Shown: one piece after another, positions 52,817 through 64,000 of the stretch | Layout of the letters: every line of letters begins with the position of its first letter | Numbering within the stretch: the first letter of the stretch is position 1 | DNA from: Dipteris shenzhenensis | Taxonomy: Eukaryota | Assembly: GCA_047967505.1 (NCBI GenBank) | Contig: CM106538.1 | Reading direction: 5' to 3' (one strand) | Length of the DNA stretch: 64,000 nucleotides | Made by a program: the position numbers and the translations under genes | The notes under the pieces: generated by a model | Database searches by the model: none | What the model was told of the DNA's origin: nothing | Seen by the model: only the letters and a program-made list of their open reading frames with translations

Positions 52817-55434
52817 GCAAGTATGCAAAACGTGAAACGTCTTTTCATGATTCTGGACTGTGATTGAAAAATTGCAAGTTCCGCCTTTTTATGTTGTGTC
52901 TCCAAAATCCATGCTGTTTTAAAGTAAGGAGATGCTAAGCTTTGTTTTAAACCTTAGCTGTTCCCTCGAAAACGTTAATGGAAGGTGGACTTCACCTGCA
53001 AAGGGCTACTACACCATAGTTCATTTCAGCTTTGGTCGTGCTCTCCTACTGCATTGATTCCCCCCATACGTTCTTCTCATTTTTACGTTTGCACACTCCG
53101 AATAGCAGATGTACTCAGAGTGATCCTTGAATCCCTACTTGGGATATTTCTGCCATTGTGGGTGTTTGAGAGGCTCAATGAAGCGGGTGGCTTGATCCCT
53201 TCCAAGATTGCTGTGAGAGATTGTAGTTACTGCGTCAACTTTATGGAGTTGACAATCCATTAAAGTTGTAGCTGCAAGCAGAGATCAGGAACCATTGAAG
53301 AGCTACCTGCTGTTGCAAATAGGGATCAGGAATCAACTGTACTCAACTTGTATGTCCTGGCCGTGAACCTAAAGCTCCTACCACTGATTGCATTGGTCAC
53401 AGTATGTACTGCCTAAATCGGCTTACGATAAACAAACTATGCCAAGCATCAATTCGGAGCACAAGCATGCCAACCCTACTTTTGGTCTTCACTACAACCA
53501 TCCCTGGTACTTTGTCCTCAGCATCGCAATTGATTGCAGTTGCGACTCAAGATGCCCTATTCCAAAATGGACAGCAATATTTGAATGTATTCTTGGACTT
53601 CTGTTCTGACTCTATGGACTCGTCCTCCTTGTGAGCTGAATATAATATACTACCCACTGGCACCATGTTTCCTCTTGCTTCAATTGGGAAAAGTGATGCC
53701 CAAATATATAGTGCCAGGTGTGGGTTTAAGAAAAGTTCTCATGAGGACAAAATCTATTTCTGCCACCCTTTACAGAAAGCAATGCATGTGGATTTTATTG
53801 TTGTACAAACACCCATTTGACACCTTCAAGAGGACAGGGGGGCTGCATTGTACAGGCCCAAAACAAAGGTTACTATGTATAAATTGACCAATTGCACGTA
53901 CTACATCCGTAGCCAAAAGAATGACTGAAGTTTTCCAGATGTTCATTAACTTAATGGCATATAAGGTACATGAGCTCACCGTGTATACGAAGTGGATCTG
54001 GTTCCACTACAATTGCGTGTCGCTTGGGCTGCTATATATTCGAATCTGAAATAGCCTACAACCAGCGGCAAATACCAACAAAGCCTCACAGCATGCGATG
54101 ACTCCTCCAAATATTGTCCTACTATCATCATCCTCCAATTGGCTCTTTCAAATGTAGCCAGTTTCTTTGTAGATTTGCTCCAAGTTCATCTTCCATACTA
54201 GGCTGTGGAGACACCTTCCTCAAGGTTAGCCAAAGCCACAGCCTCAGACTCCTATTGGAGGTTGGTCTCTTCAGTCAATAAGACTGAGAGGTACGTGTAA
54301 TGCCCTCATTGTTGCCTACTGCTGGTCCCACCCTTTGCCCCTTGTATGCCCTTTTGGAGTGTCTGGACTCAGCCCTTTAGACACACACGTAAACCTGTTC
54401 ACCACCCTGTTTGGACAGCTCGTCAATCAGAGTCAGGGCTCACAAGATACAGGTACTTGACCCCTTTGGACTTCTTCATATGACGGCAGCTCCTTGACCC
54501 TTCACATGCAGCTCTTTGTCTAGCAACACGTTCCCAACACATTCATGGTTCACGCTTTGCTCTTGAAGGTTTGAGGTGTCCCCTTGACCGAGCCGCTACA
54601 TTGGCGGGGCTGTGGGGCACGCAGGGTAGGGTTGTGATGGGGGGCAGTGTTCGGCCGCCGAGGGGGGGGGGTCTGTTGACTTTTGTGTATGTGACATACA
54701 TCCCCTGCAACCGGCCTATGATAAAGTAGGGGTGGTAAAATCACAACTTAGCAAGTATTATCCCACTGGCAAAACACCCACAGGAGAAACAAAACACAAG
54801 GGAGCTAGAATGCTCTTGCTCGAAGACACAGTACACCGATTGGCCCCAAAACAACTGGCACCCCTTGCGGTATTTCTTTATTATTTATTTCACTGAAAAC
54901 AGATTACAACAAGCCCAAATCACAGCATAACCTCTGCTTTCGGCCACACTGTGTGCTGCCCTTGGGAACCCTCAAAGCTTGCCAGATATGCTGCGATTTG
55001 CTGACTATGCATCCGGTTGTCACTGCCACCTGGGCTTTACCTGGTGCATGTGGCATTCTCCTCTTCTGAACTTGTTGCTAGGTGGATACCTCGCAACGCT
55101 TTGCCTTGGTGACCTGAACTGCTCTGCTGTGGCTTGTGACTTTGCGAACTTGGAACAGACCCCCGTAGCTCGTGCCTGACTCTTCCTTGGACTAGGGCTC
55201 ACAATGGGGTCATGGGGTTCGACATATGGGTCAGACTGTGTCACCATGTCCCCTAGCGTAGGGGTGCATGTGACATTCCCTCCTGCTTAAATTTTGGATG
55301 ATGATAGCTACTGAGGGACTGAGTGAATATGCAAAGCGAATGTGATCGTGATGACCACCAATTGCTGCGCAAAACTTGATTGTGCTCCCAAAGAACTAGG
55401 GAATAACAGTCTGGCATTGGGATTGATCTGGTAC

Positions 55435-56019
55435 CGTAGTAGGCTCGAAACGTGTTTCGGGACAGCCCGAAACGTTTCAGTTCTGAAACTCGCGTTTCGG
55501 GAACCCCAAAAAACCCACAATGTTCAAAAAATCCCAATTTGCCCTAATTTTGGGAAATCTGGTGTTGGGTTGCATTTTTGCCACCCGTACGTCTCAAATT
55601 GCCACCCGTATCCTGAAAGCGACCTTCAGCCCATACATTTTTCTTTAGCCCGTCCAGGTGTAGCATGGACGTAAATCATGATTCATGATTCCATGTATCT
55701 TTTTCAATTTTGAAATATGACCATTCATGCTTGAATCTACATGATGTGTTGTTAATTTTCTGATTTGGGATTTAGTAATATGTTTCAAGCATCCAATTTC
55801 AAGTTCTAAGTGACACATCAAACGTTTGTGCACTATGTTTCATGAGTTTTTTCAAGTATTGGACTTCTAGTGATAATAATCTAGAATGTTTTAATGTTTT
55901 TGGGGAAAAACATATATTTAATTGCCCTATTATGCACGAAAGGTTTTTATAGATGTTGGGTTTGCCTCGAAACATTTTCGAAACCTCGAAACCCGTTTCG
56001 AAACTCTTCGCCTACTATG
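55435..56019. mobile_element. hAT-type MITE / non-autonomous element
   Basis: TIR C(G/A)TAGTAGGC at both ends. 8-bp TSD TCTGGTAC (55427-55434) / TCTAGTAC (56020-56027). Subterminal GAAAC/GTTTC repeats at both ends. Confidence 0.85.
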
Positions 56020-56355
56020 TCTAGTACTGCTCCAAAAGGCTGAGGAACGAATGCTGTGTTATGATAACATGGCGGCTCAATAAAAGCTCCGGAGAACCGG
56101 TACTATCATGAAGATTGGAAGCCGAACTGTTGAGGCCACTCATCCCACCATGCTACTATTGCGAACTCCTAATCCTCGGGTGGTATGGCACTCTGATAGG
56201 CTCCTGGACATGAGAACTGCCTGCTATCCTCATGACCTGTTGAGGACTGATTGGGCTGTTATTGTGGAGGCACTGCACTCTCGAAGTCCAATGGCATGAA
56301 TGTAGGCCATTCTATGGGCTATCCATAGGTGCCACTCATTCCTTGGTATGTGCCT

Positions 56356-59300
56356 TGTAGGCCTAGTTACAGTTAGTTAGGTCAGCTGGTACAGTTATTA
56401 CATGTACCACTTAGGACAGTTAGGACACTAAGTCCAGTTAGGGCACTTAGCCCTAGGGTTCTGTTATGTTGGCTCTCTCTTGAGCCTCCACTCATTGTTG
56501 CAGCAATTCATTGCAGCAGCTCGTTTTTGTCTTCTCCCCTTCATTTCTTGAGCTTCCATTGCTTGCCCTAGCCTACAATGGTATTAGAGCAGGTCGGGAA
56601 TCCATTCCCTCAGCCATTGACAGCTTTTCCAAGCTGTTTGGCAGCCCTTGGAGCTCTCATTCTTACTAGTTGGTTCATTCTCAAGGCATTTGCAGCGAGC
56701 TGAAGCGGTTTAGGGATGTTTGCTCAAGAGACTCTACGAGTATAGCTGCTTCTGCTTGGGCACTGAGGAGGACATAAGTGTTGCTTTGCTTGGTAAGTAT
56801 GTCTTCCTTTTGATAAAAGTTTTTGTTTACCTCATTTTTCTTCTCTTTCATATTCTCTTTTATTTTCTGTGTAGATTTCTGATCTTTAGAACAACAAAAA
56901 ATTTAAATTTGTATGATCGGACTTATTCTAGTCTTACAAAGGTATATCTTTCAAGCACTTCCATAGCGAGAACTTCGCATTTGGCGCGGGAAATCAACGT
57001 TTTGGAGCACTTTTTGCAGAAATTGGTGCATTTTATCAGCATTTACTGCTGTACGGGTTCACAAGTGTGGTAGCTGCATGCTGTACAGAATTTCGTACAG
57101 CTGTATGGCCTCTACGAGCATCTATATGGTGCATTTAATGCGTCTGCAGACTTGTATGGCCTGTACGGTGGCTGTATGGAGCATTTAATGCAGTATGGAG
57201 GTGTACGGACTTGCTGACACCAATTTTTGATGCTGTACGGACCTCATTCCAGCTTGTTTGAAGCTCTCTCCAGCAATTCAGGGCTGTTTCTTGCTGTCTC
57301 GTGAAGAGTGCTGCTGTTTGAAGACATTTGGAGCTTGCTGAAGTGATCTGGAGGTCTGTCCTTGAGCCCATTCCTTCGCATTTGGCTTCCCTTTGTCTCG
57401 GGCTGCGAGTTCCCCTCCATTGGAGCACTCTCCTCTCATTTCCAAGTGCTCTCCTCCTCATGGGAGCACTCTCTCTTGTTGTAACTCTCATTTCCAGCCC
57501 TCTCTTGGCATCTTTGATTGCCATTTGTTGTCATTTTCACCTCTCCTTCAAGGGTGAATCCCTCTACTCGTATTTGGAGCCTTTTCCCTGTTGTATTTTC
57601 AGGCTACATCATTGGGTAAGCCTTTGTTGCATTGGTTCTTTCCAATTTCTTCTTCATTTGCATGTTGGAAAGGCCGGAAGGCCTCGTGTTGCCTTTTTGG
57701 GAATTTGGGCAACAGGTACACCTTGAGACAACATAGTCTTTTGCAGTGAAAAGCTTTGAAGCTTGAGCATAATTTTGCTACTTGGTTTTGAGAGGTTGCC
57801 TTCCTCTCATTTGCCTTGCCAGTTGGTGCATTTGCCTTGAATTTCAGCACCATGACTAGCAGCAAGTTTGGAATGCTTGGGACTGAGGACAAGCTTGATG
57901 GCACAAACTACCCCATGTGGGCATACATGATGGGGCATGTTTTGGTTGCCAAGAATTTGTCGAACATTGTTTCAGGCACTGAGGTCAGGCCTACTCGTAA
58001 TGCTGCTTCTGGTGCTACAACCATTGCCTCTGTTACTACACGTACTGATGGGTCTAATGCTACTTCAGGAGCAGTTGCATCTTCTACTACAGGTACTTTG
58101 CCTCCTACACAGGAGCAGATTTAGTGGGATGGTCATGATGCCAAAGCATGTGCCTTGATTGCTCTTTCAGTTAAAAGGGTCATTATCCCTCATATCCAGT
58201 CTTGCAAGACAGCAAAGCAAGCATGGGATCTGTCACCACAATGTAAATATCCTAAGTCAAAGTATAGTTGACCATTTATTTGATCATAATTAAAGAGTTT
58301 TATATGTGTTAATCATGGTCAAAGAGTTATTTTAATGGTCAAAGGATTGACTATGGTCAAAGATATTTGACTCTAGTCAAGTAAACCTGACTTCGGTCAA
58401 GGAGACTTGGTTTATTACCAAGAGGGTTAACTGCGGTTAACCAGAGAACCACAGAGCTTACTACGGTCAGAGAGTGTTGACCGGTCAAAGCTCTTTAATT
58501 ATAATCAAGAGTGTTGACTCCGGTCAACCAGAGAATATATATATTTATTTGTATATATATATTTGTTTAGATGTGCACGTGTTCAGTGGGGACGCCCACC
58601 GTGACTAGAATTAGTCCACAGTGTGTTATTTGCATGCAAAGCGCTAACAATTAATGGGTGCCATGGTGGTGCGCTTTAATTAATTGTTGCAGGTACTAGG
58701 AAGAATTATTTTTTCCTAAGCGTAACGGGAGCCTGACAAGCATCTAGGAGGCGGTTCGTGTGACCGAGAGCTTTGAAGACTCCAGAATGGCCCTTAGTGG
58801 CATGTAATAGGACTTAGTTTAGATTTTAGACAAGTGGCATGTTGCCAATTTGAATTGAGCTTGAAGCTCTTGTAATAAAGTGGATTTTTCACGTTTTGAA
58901 ATGTAGAGGTTTCCAGACAGCACTACGCTGAACTTCTGTAACAGTTTTTCTCTCATGAATAAAAACCTTCGGGGGGGTCCAGCCCGACGTTTTGTCCTGG
59001 GCCCTAGTGCATCTTCAGAGAGAGGGAGTGAGGGAGAGCTTATGAAAGCACAATTACTGTCTTTTTTTGAGTGGTAATGGCTGTCTTTCAGTAGCGAGTC
59101 GGTTTCAGGATCAGCTTACATCCTTATTTCAAGTGCGGAATGAGGCGCGGGTTGCCTATCTCCGCAAGCAGTTACAGGACTTGAAGCTTGAAGAGGGTGG
59201 TAATATGGATGCCTATCTTACCAATGTGTGAGATTTGAAAGAGCAGTTGGCTAATATTGATGGGTTCTCAACTTGTTTCTAATACCTTGATGGGTTCCCG

Positions 59301-60929
59301 ACTTATCAAGGCTTTGCTACTACATTGAGGTTGGTTGCAGGTGGCAATGCCAACCATTATTCCTTTGACCAGGTAGTTGTCCTCTTACTTCAGGAGGAAC
59401 AAAGCCGTGCAAACCGCAATGCTTCTATGGCTAGTGATCAAGCCTTTGCTGCCCAGCATAAAAACAAAGTCAAAGGCAAGGTTTCAGTTGATAAACCCTC
59501 TCATTCACATGCTGGTCACTCCCATGCTGCTTCTGCTTCGGGGGATAAGAAGAAGAAGAAGAGATGCAACTGTTGCAGGAAACCCGGGCATGACGTTTCT
59601 GAATGCAGGAAGAGAATTGCATCTGAAAAGAAGAAGAAAGAGTCTGGTCTTGTAGTATTTGGTTCCTTAGTCCAAATGATCGACATGAGTCAACTAACTT
59701 TGCACAGCACCAACATTGGGCTTTTCTTGTGGCATGTTACTCGAATCCTAATGTTCATGATGCATGCATGACAATTTTTGATGTATTTGATGCCTAATTC
59801 TTTGATAGTGGTGCTAGCAAGCACATTACTTCTTGCAGGAAGTTATTCAGCCCACTTGAGCATGCATCTAAGGGGGGGACAATCACATGTGCCAATAATG
59901 CTTCATGTACAGTGAGAGGTGTTGGACAAGTTGCTCTTACTTCTGTTTCTGGTGGTCTTGTTACTCTAGAGAATGTGCTTTATGTTCCAGGCATTCGCAA
60001 GAACCTCATCTCTATTTCAGCCATAGCTACTTGTGGCTATCAGGTTCTCTTTGATCATTGATGGTGTTCAGTGTGAAGTCTATGATGCTACACATGCCCT
60101 TACCATGGTCTTGACTGGGACATTGACTAGAGGGCTGTATAGACTTGATGCCTATGACAGATGCTTGGATGATGCTGGACTTGAAGATGCAGATGCCTTT
60201 GTTGTTGATTCCTCTACCATGGCAGATATCCATTTGTGGCGGCTTTGGTGAAGCTTCATAAGGATGGTGTGGTTGTTGATCTTCCCAAAATGCATATGCC
60301 TTCAAAGCATGTTTGTGAACCTTGTTTGTTTGGTAAGATGCACCGTTTTGCATTTCCCAAGGATGGGAGAGTTGGTGCCTCATGCAAGCTTTATTTAGTT
60401 CATAGTGATGTTTGTGGACCCGTGCGGGTTGTAGCTCTTGGGGGATTCTATTATTTGTCACATTCATTGATGGCTTCACCAGGTATACTTGGATTTTCGC
60501 ATTGAGATTTAAATATGAAGTTTTTGCATGCTTCAAGCATTTTATTGCCTTGGCTGAGAATGAGAGTGGGCTGAAAATTGGTCTCACGTGGCATTCATCA
60601 TTAGTGCACGGTGCCTTACACTCTTCAACAGAATCTCGTGGCTAAGAGAAAGAATAGATCAGTGATGGAGATGGCCAGGTGTATGTTGAAAGGCAAGCAC
60701 TTGCCTAACAAGTTGTGGCTTGATGCCGTTATGTGTGCTAATTACATTTTGAATAGATCTTCTGCAAAGGCATTGAAGACCATCACACCTTATGAGGCTT
60801 GGACAAGTCATAAGCCCCAGATTTCTCACATGAGGGCTTTTGGATGCTTGGCATATGACCATGTTCCTTCTCAGACACACACCAAGTTGGATGATAAAGT
60901 TATCAAATGCATTTTTTATTAGGCATAGC
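56356..60929 (+). mobile_element. Ty1/Copia element E (5' LTR, PBS, gag, PR, integrase; 3'-truncated)
   Basis: LTR TGTAGG..CCTACA at 56356-56577. PBS TGGTATTAGAGC at 56579-56590. Gag from 57852 (DKLDGTNYPMW), CCHC CNCCRKPGHDVSEC, PR FDSGASKHIT, INT VHSDVCGP, PYTLQQN..RKNR, KLDDK..KCIF. Confidence 0.92.
58231..59107. mobile_element. Solo LTR (877 bp) with 5-bp TSD inserted in gag of element E
   Basis: TG...CA termini. TSD GGATC at 58226-58230 and 59108-59112. Removal restores AWDQLTSLFQVRNEARV. Confidence 0.88.
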
Positions 60930-61048
60930 TGTATCGCCATAATTCATGGTAGTGACCAATGTATGACTAATAATTGGGTTAGGGGCACTTTTTCCTCTTT
61001 AGAGGTTTCCCCCCCTAACCACAGTTAGGACCCCTAACTACAGTTAGT
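60930..61048 (+). repeat. 5' fragment of an LTR related to the element F LTR, in opposite orientation
   Basis: Starts TGTATC right after the Copia E FIGYS-like codons. 60941-61028 is a diverged reverse complement of 63915-64000. Confidence 0.7.
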
Positions 61049-64000
61049 AGAATAGCGTGCTTCCGAAGTGTTAGCAAGCTGCCATAGCTCATGTGCTCAT
61101 ATCTGGCATGCCATAACTCCACATTCTGCATGGTAGCAGTGGGAGTGCTCACTAAAAGTGCAAGATCGGATCTTTTCTCATAAATATCAGGCTGAAAAAG
61201 ACCCTGATACAAATTGCCAGACAACATCAAAGCATAATCATTCTCTTTGTCTCGGACTGCACACTTAGCATCATTAAATATAACCTGAAATCCTCCTTGC
61301 GATTGAGAGAGGACACTAAAAGTAAATTCTTCTTTATACTTGGCACATAAAGAACATCAGTAATTCTGAAATCTGTGCCATCCGTGGAGGTGAGTATGAT
61401 GTCACCCACTCCACACACTGAATAAGAAGAATTGTTTGCACATGTCACCTTTTTAGCGGGTGGTCATGCGGAGATGCAAAAAGACTCTTCCTTGAAGTGA
61501 TGTGCTTGGAAGCACCACTACAAAATACCAAGTGTTTAGTGTCTCATTGACATTGAAAGAGCATGCATCCTTTGAAGGGTCATAGCTGCAAGTCAAGAAA
61601 GTATACGAGTCATCCTCAAGAGTGGCTGTAGTATCTAGACCAGCCACTAGAAAATCTGATATGCAAGACAAAAAGGCATAATCCTCTTCTACAAAGCCTC
61701 CATCATGTGCATTAGGAGCTGATGTATTTGAGACAGCCAAACCGGAATCCTTTTTCTTTTCCTTTGCTATTCGCTTCTTGCATCCACCAATGTAGTGAGC
61801 CAGCTTCTTGCAGTGACAAATGCCCTCTCTCTTTGGCTTCTCTGCATCACCTTTAGCCTTATGAGAGGGCTGTCCAGAATCAGCTTTATGCTGATGTGTG
61901 GGCTGATTTCCATGTTGCTTTTGCTGCCCTTTCCCTTTAGGAACTTGAAAGCATGGCATGCTCACCAGTCCGTGTGGCCATGTTCTTTCTTGTTTGCTCT
62001 TCTTGCAACAAGAGTTCTACCAACTCGTGAAAAGAGAGAGGATTGCTACCCCCCCTCAATGACAAATTCAGTGAGGTATGGAAACCGAGATAGGACTGCG
62101 GAAGAGAATTAAGAGTGGTGGTATTCATCTCTGAATCCGGAATAATCTCATGTATATTCAGCAACTGTTCCCTCAAATCCTGGAGTTTTGTGAGGTGAGC
62201 ATTCATGGAATCTCCCTCATCCATGTGTGTATGAGATAGCGCTCTCTTTAGGAATGAGACTCTGGCATCATTTCTTGCTGCAAACATGCTCTCTAAAATA
62301 TCCCAAGCTGCCCTCGATGTCTTGCGCATGACCGAATGTGAGGAATGATAAACCTCTTGATAGAAAGGGAAATAACTAAAAGAGCCTGTGCATCTCGTGA
62401 ATCCCACCTTTTCTGTTATGCTGTGGGAGCCACCAAAGTAACATCTGTTGCTCCTACCACTTGTCTTGCACTTTGACCTCTAGCCTTGCCTCCATCTGTA
62501 GGAGTGACAGGTGTAGCCATAGTTTCTGGCCTTGTCTCATCTCCATTGACATAATCCTAGAGATGTCTGCCAACTAGAATGTTGCGCGCCATAAAGCTCC
62601 ATAAGGAGTAGTTGGTGCCATCCTACTTATCCTCCTATGTGAGGACTCCAAAGACCTCATTGGGATTGTTCTGAGCCATATTTGCCAGACAACTAAAAAA
62701 TGCAGCAAACTAGACAAGTGCAATCCCTTCCTGGGGTGTAAAATGCACAGTTGGAATCTGTAAAAAATCTGCCCAAAATGCCAATTGCTGTCACAGTCTA
62801 TCAAAGGCTTGAAATGCACCAAAATGCTTTGCAAATGCCCAAAATCTGCAAAATATATCTGCAAAAAGTGGCAAATGTCTACAATGTGACTCAAACTGAG
62901 TCCAAAACTGCTTGCAAAGCTCCCAAATGATTTGTCCACTGCCAAATTGTATCCTTAATGCAAAAGCCCCAAATTCCTGCAAGAAATTGCAACTGAAAGA
63001 GGGCAAATCGACCAAAAGCCCCAAATTTTACAATTATCTACAAAAGCCCCATATTTTGTTTGCAAGATTGCAAGCAGAACCAAAAAGCCCCAAATTTCTG
63101 GAGCAGATTCTGCAACCTGACTGCAATGCCTGCAACAAATAAAATGCCCCAAATTCTCTGCAAAATCTAAGCCAGACAATGGCTATGTGCAAAGTGCACC
63201 TGCCAAAATCACCTACTAAGGAAAACCTGCAAGGAAAAGAAAACTTGGTCAAAGTACAAACTCCTACGAAAGTACTGAACTGACAGTACAGTAAATGTAA
63301 GGACAGTACATGCATATACGGCCTGTACGTCGAAATCCATACGAATGTATGGTGCAGGTGTGTGCGGACGCATGGCGAGTGGTTTTTGTACAGTTGTACG
63401 GACTGTACGGGCGAGCTTCTGTAGGAATGTATGGAGCTGGAGCTGGAGCCGTACGGGCTGTATGGCTGATGCTGTATGACGACTGTACGGACGGTGTACG
63501 GGCGTTCGATCGAACTGCATGAATGTACGGGCGATCTCTCATGTGTGGTACGGCTCTGATTGTGCAGCGTGTACGGAAATGTTGAGGCGTACAGAATGCT
63601 GGTACGGACGGTGCTGCATGGACGGGCTGTACGGGACAGTACGACAATTGAGTATAGGACTGTACGGCCAAAATGGTGATAGATTTCCATACAGTCGTAC
63701 AGGCAACGAGGTATTGGCTGAAGCTTTGAGATGCCGGCGTGGAAGAGTGAGAGCAGATGTAGGAACAACCTATTCTGATACCAAATGTGAGAGTGGAGGA
63801 AGCAAGAAGCAAGAGTGTGAGAGCAAGAGCAAAAATGTAGGATTGCAATAGAAGAGATAAGGTGAGTACAAGTGAGGAGATGGTTTTGTCCAAGTGACAA
63901 AACCATACTAACCCACTAACTGTGGTTAGGGGGAAAAACCTCCTAATGAGGAAAAGTGCCCCTAACTCACTTATGGATTACATTGGCCACTGCCTAGAAT
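61040..64000 (-). mobile_element. Ty1/Copia element F (5' LTR runs off window, PBS, gag, PR, GAG-pre-integrase; truncated)
   Basis: LTR end at 63786 (..CTCTCACA). PBS TGGTATCAGAA at 63773-63783. Gag ATG ~62679 (DGTNYSLW), AWDILE..RVSFLKR, knuckle CHCKKLAHYIGGC, VLYVPSIKKNLL, LWHARYEHMS. Confidence 0.9.

Noticed and set aside
54550-55275. Defined solo LTR
   Set aside because: LTR-like composition and a TGTCACA start on the minus strand, but no matching end or TSD could be fixed.
63034-63906. 290-aa and 209-aa ORFs
   Set aside because: They span the Copia LTR, PBS and motif-rich leader, and have no domain signature.

Overview
Eukaryotic (land-plant) genomic DNA, most plausibly from a large-genome seed-free plant such as a fern; this is an inference from element types and gene structure. 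About 50 kb (1-50,800) is a nest of decayed transposable elements: at least four non-chromovirus Ty3/Gypsy (Athila-like) elements, Ty1/Copia fragments, a Helitron-like Rep remnant, a MULE-like foldback element, a LINE 3' end and tRNA-like/SINE-like heads. A CpG-retaining island (~50,850-52,850) holds the first coding exon of a PHD-finger gene that closely resembles MBD9, and possibly a divergent spliced transcript. The rest (52,820-64,000) appears to be a >11 kb TE-filled first intron, with a hAT MITE, two Copia elements and a solo LTR. Most notable: (1) a Gypsy family, in two diverged copies, whose Pol continues after integrase (in frame in copy 1) into a coiled coil and a second retropepsin-like protease domain, followed by a separately TATA-preceded extra ORF; (2) a ~2.55 kb inversion that cuts both a Helitron Rep and a gag gene; (3) dense GTACGG arrays and phased palindromic W-box arrays carried by intronic retroelements. 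Domain calls come from recalled motifs, not database searches. Coordinates of degenerate features are approximate.
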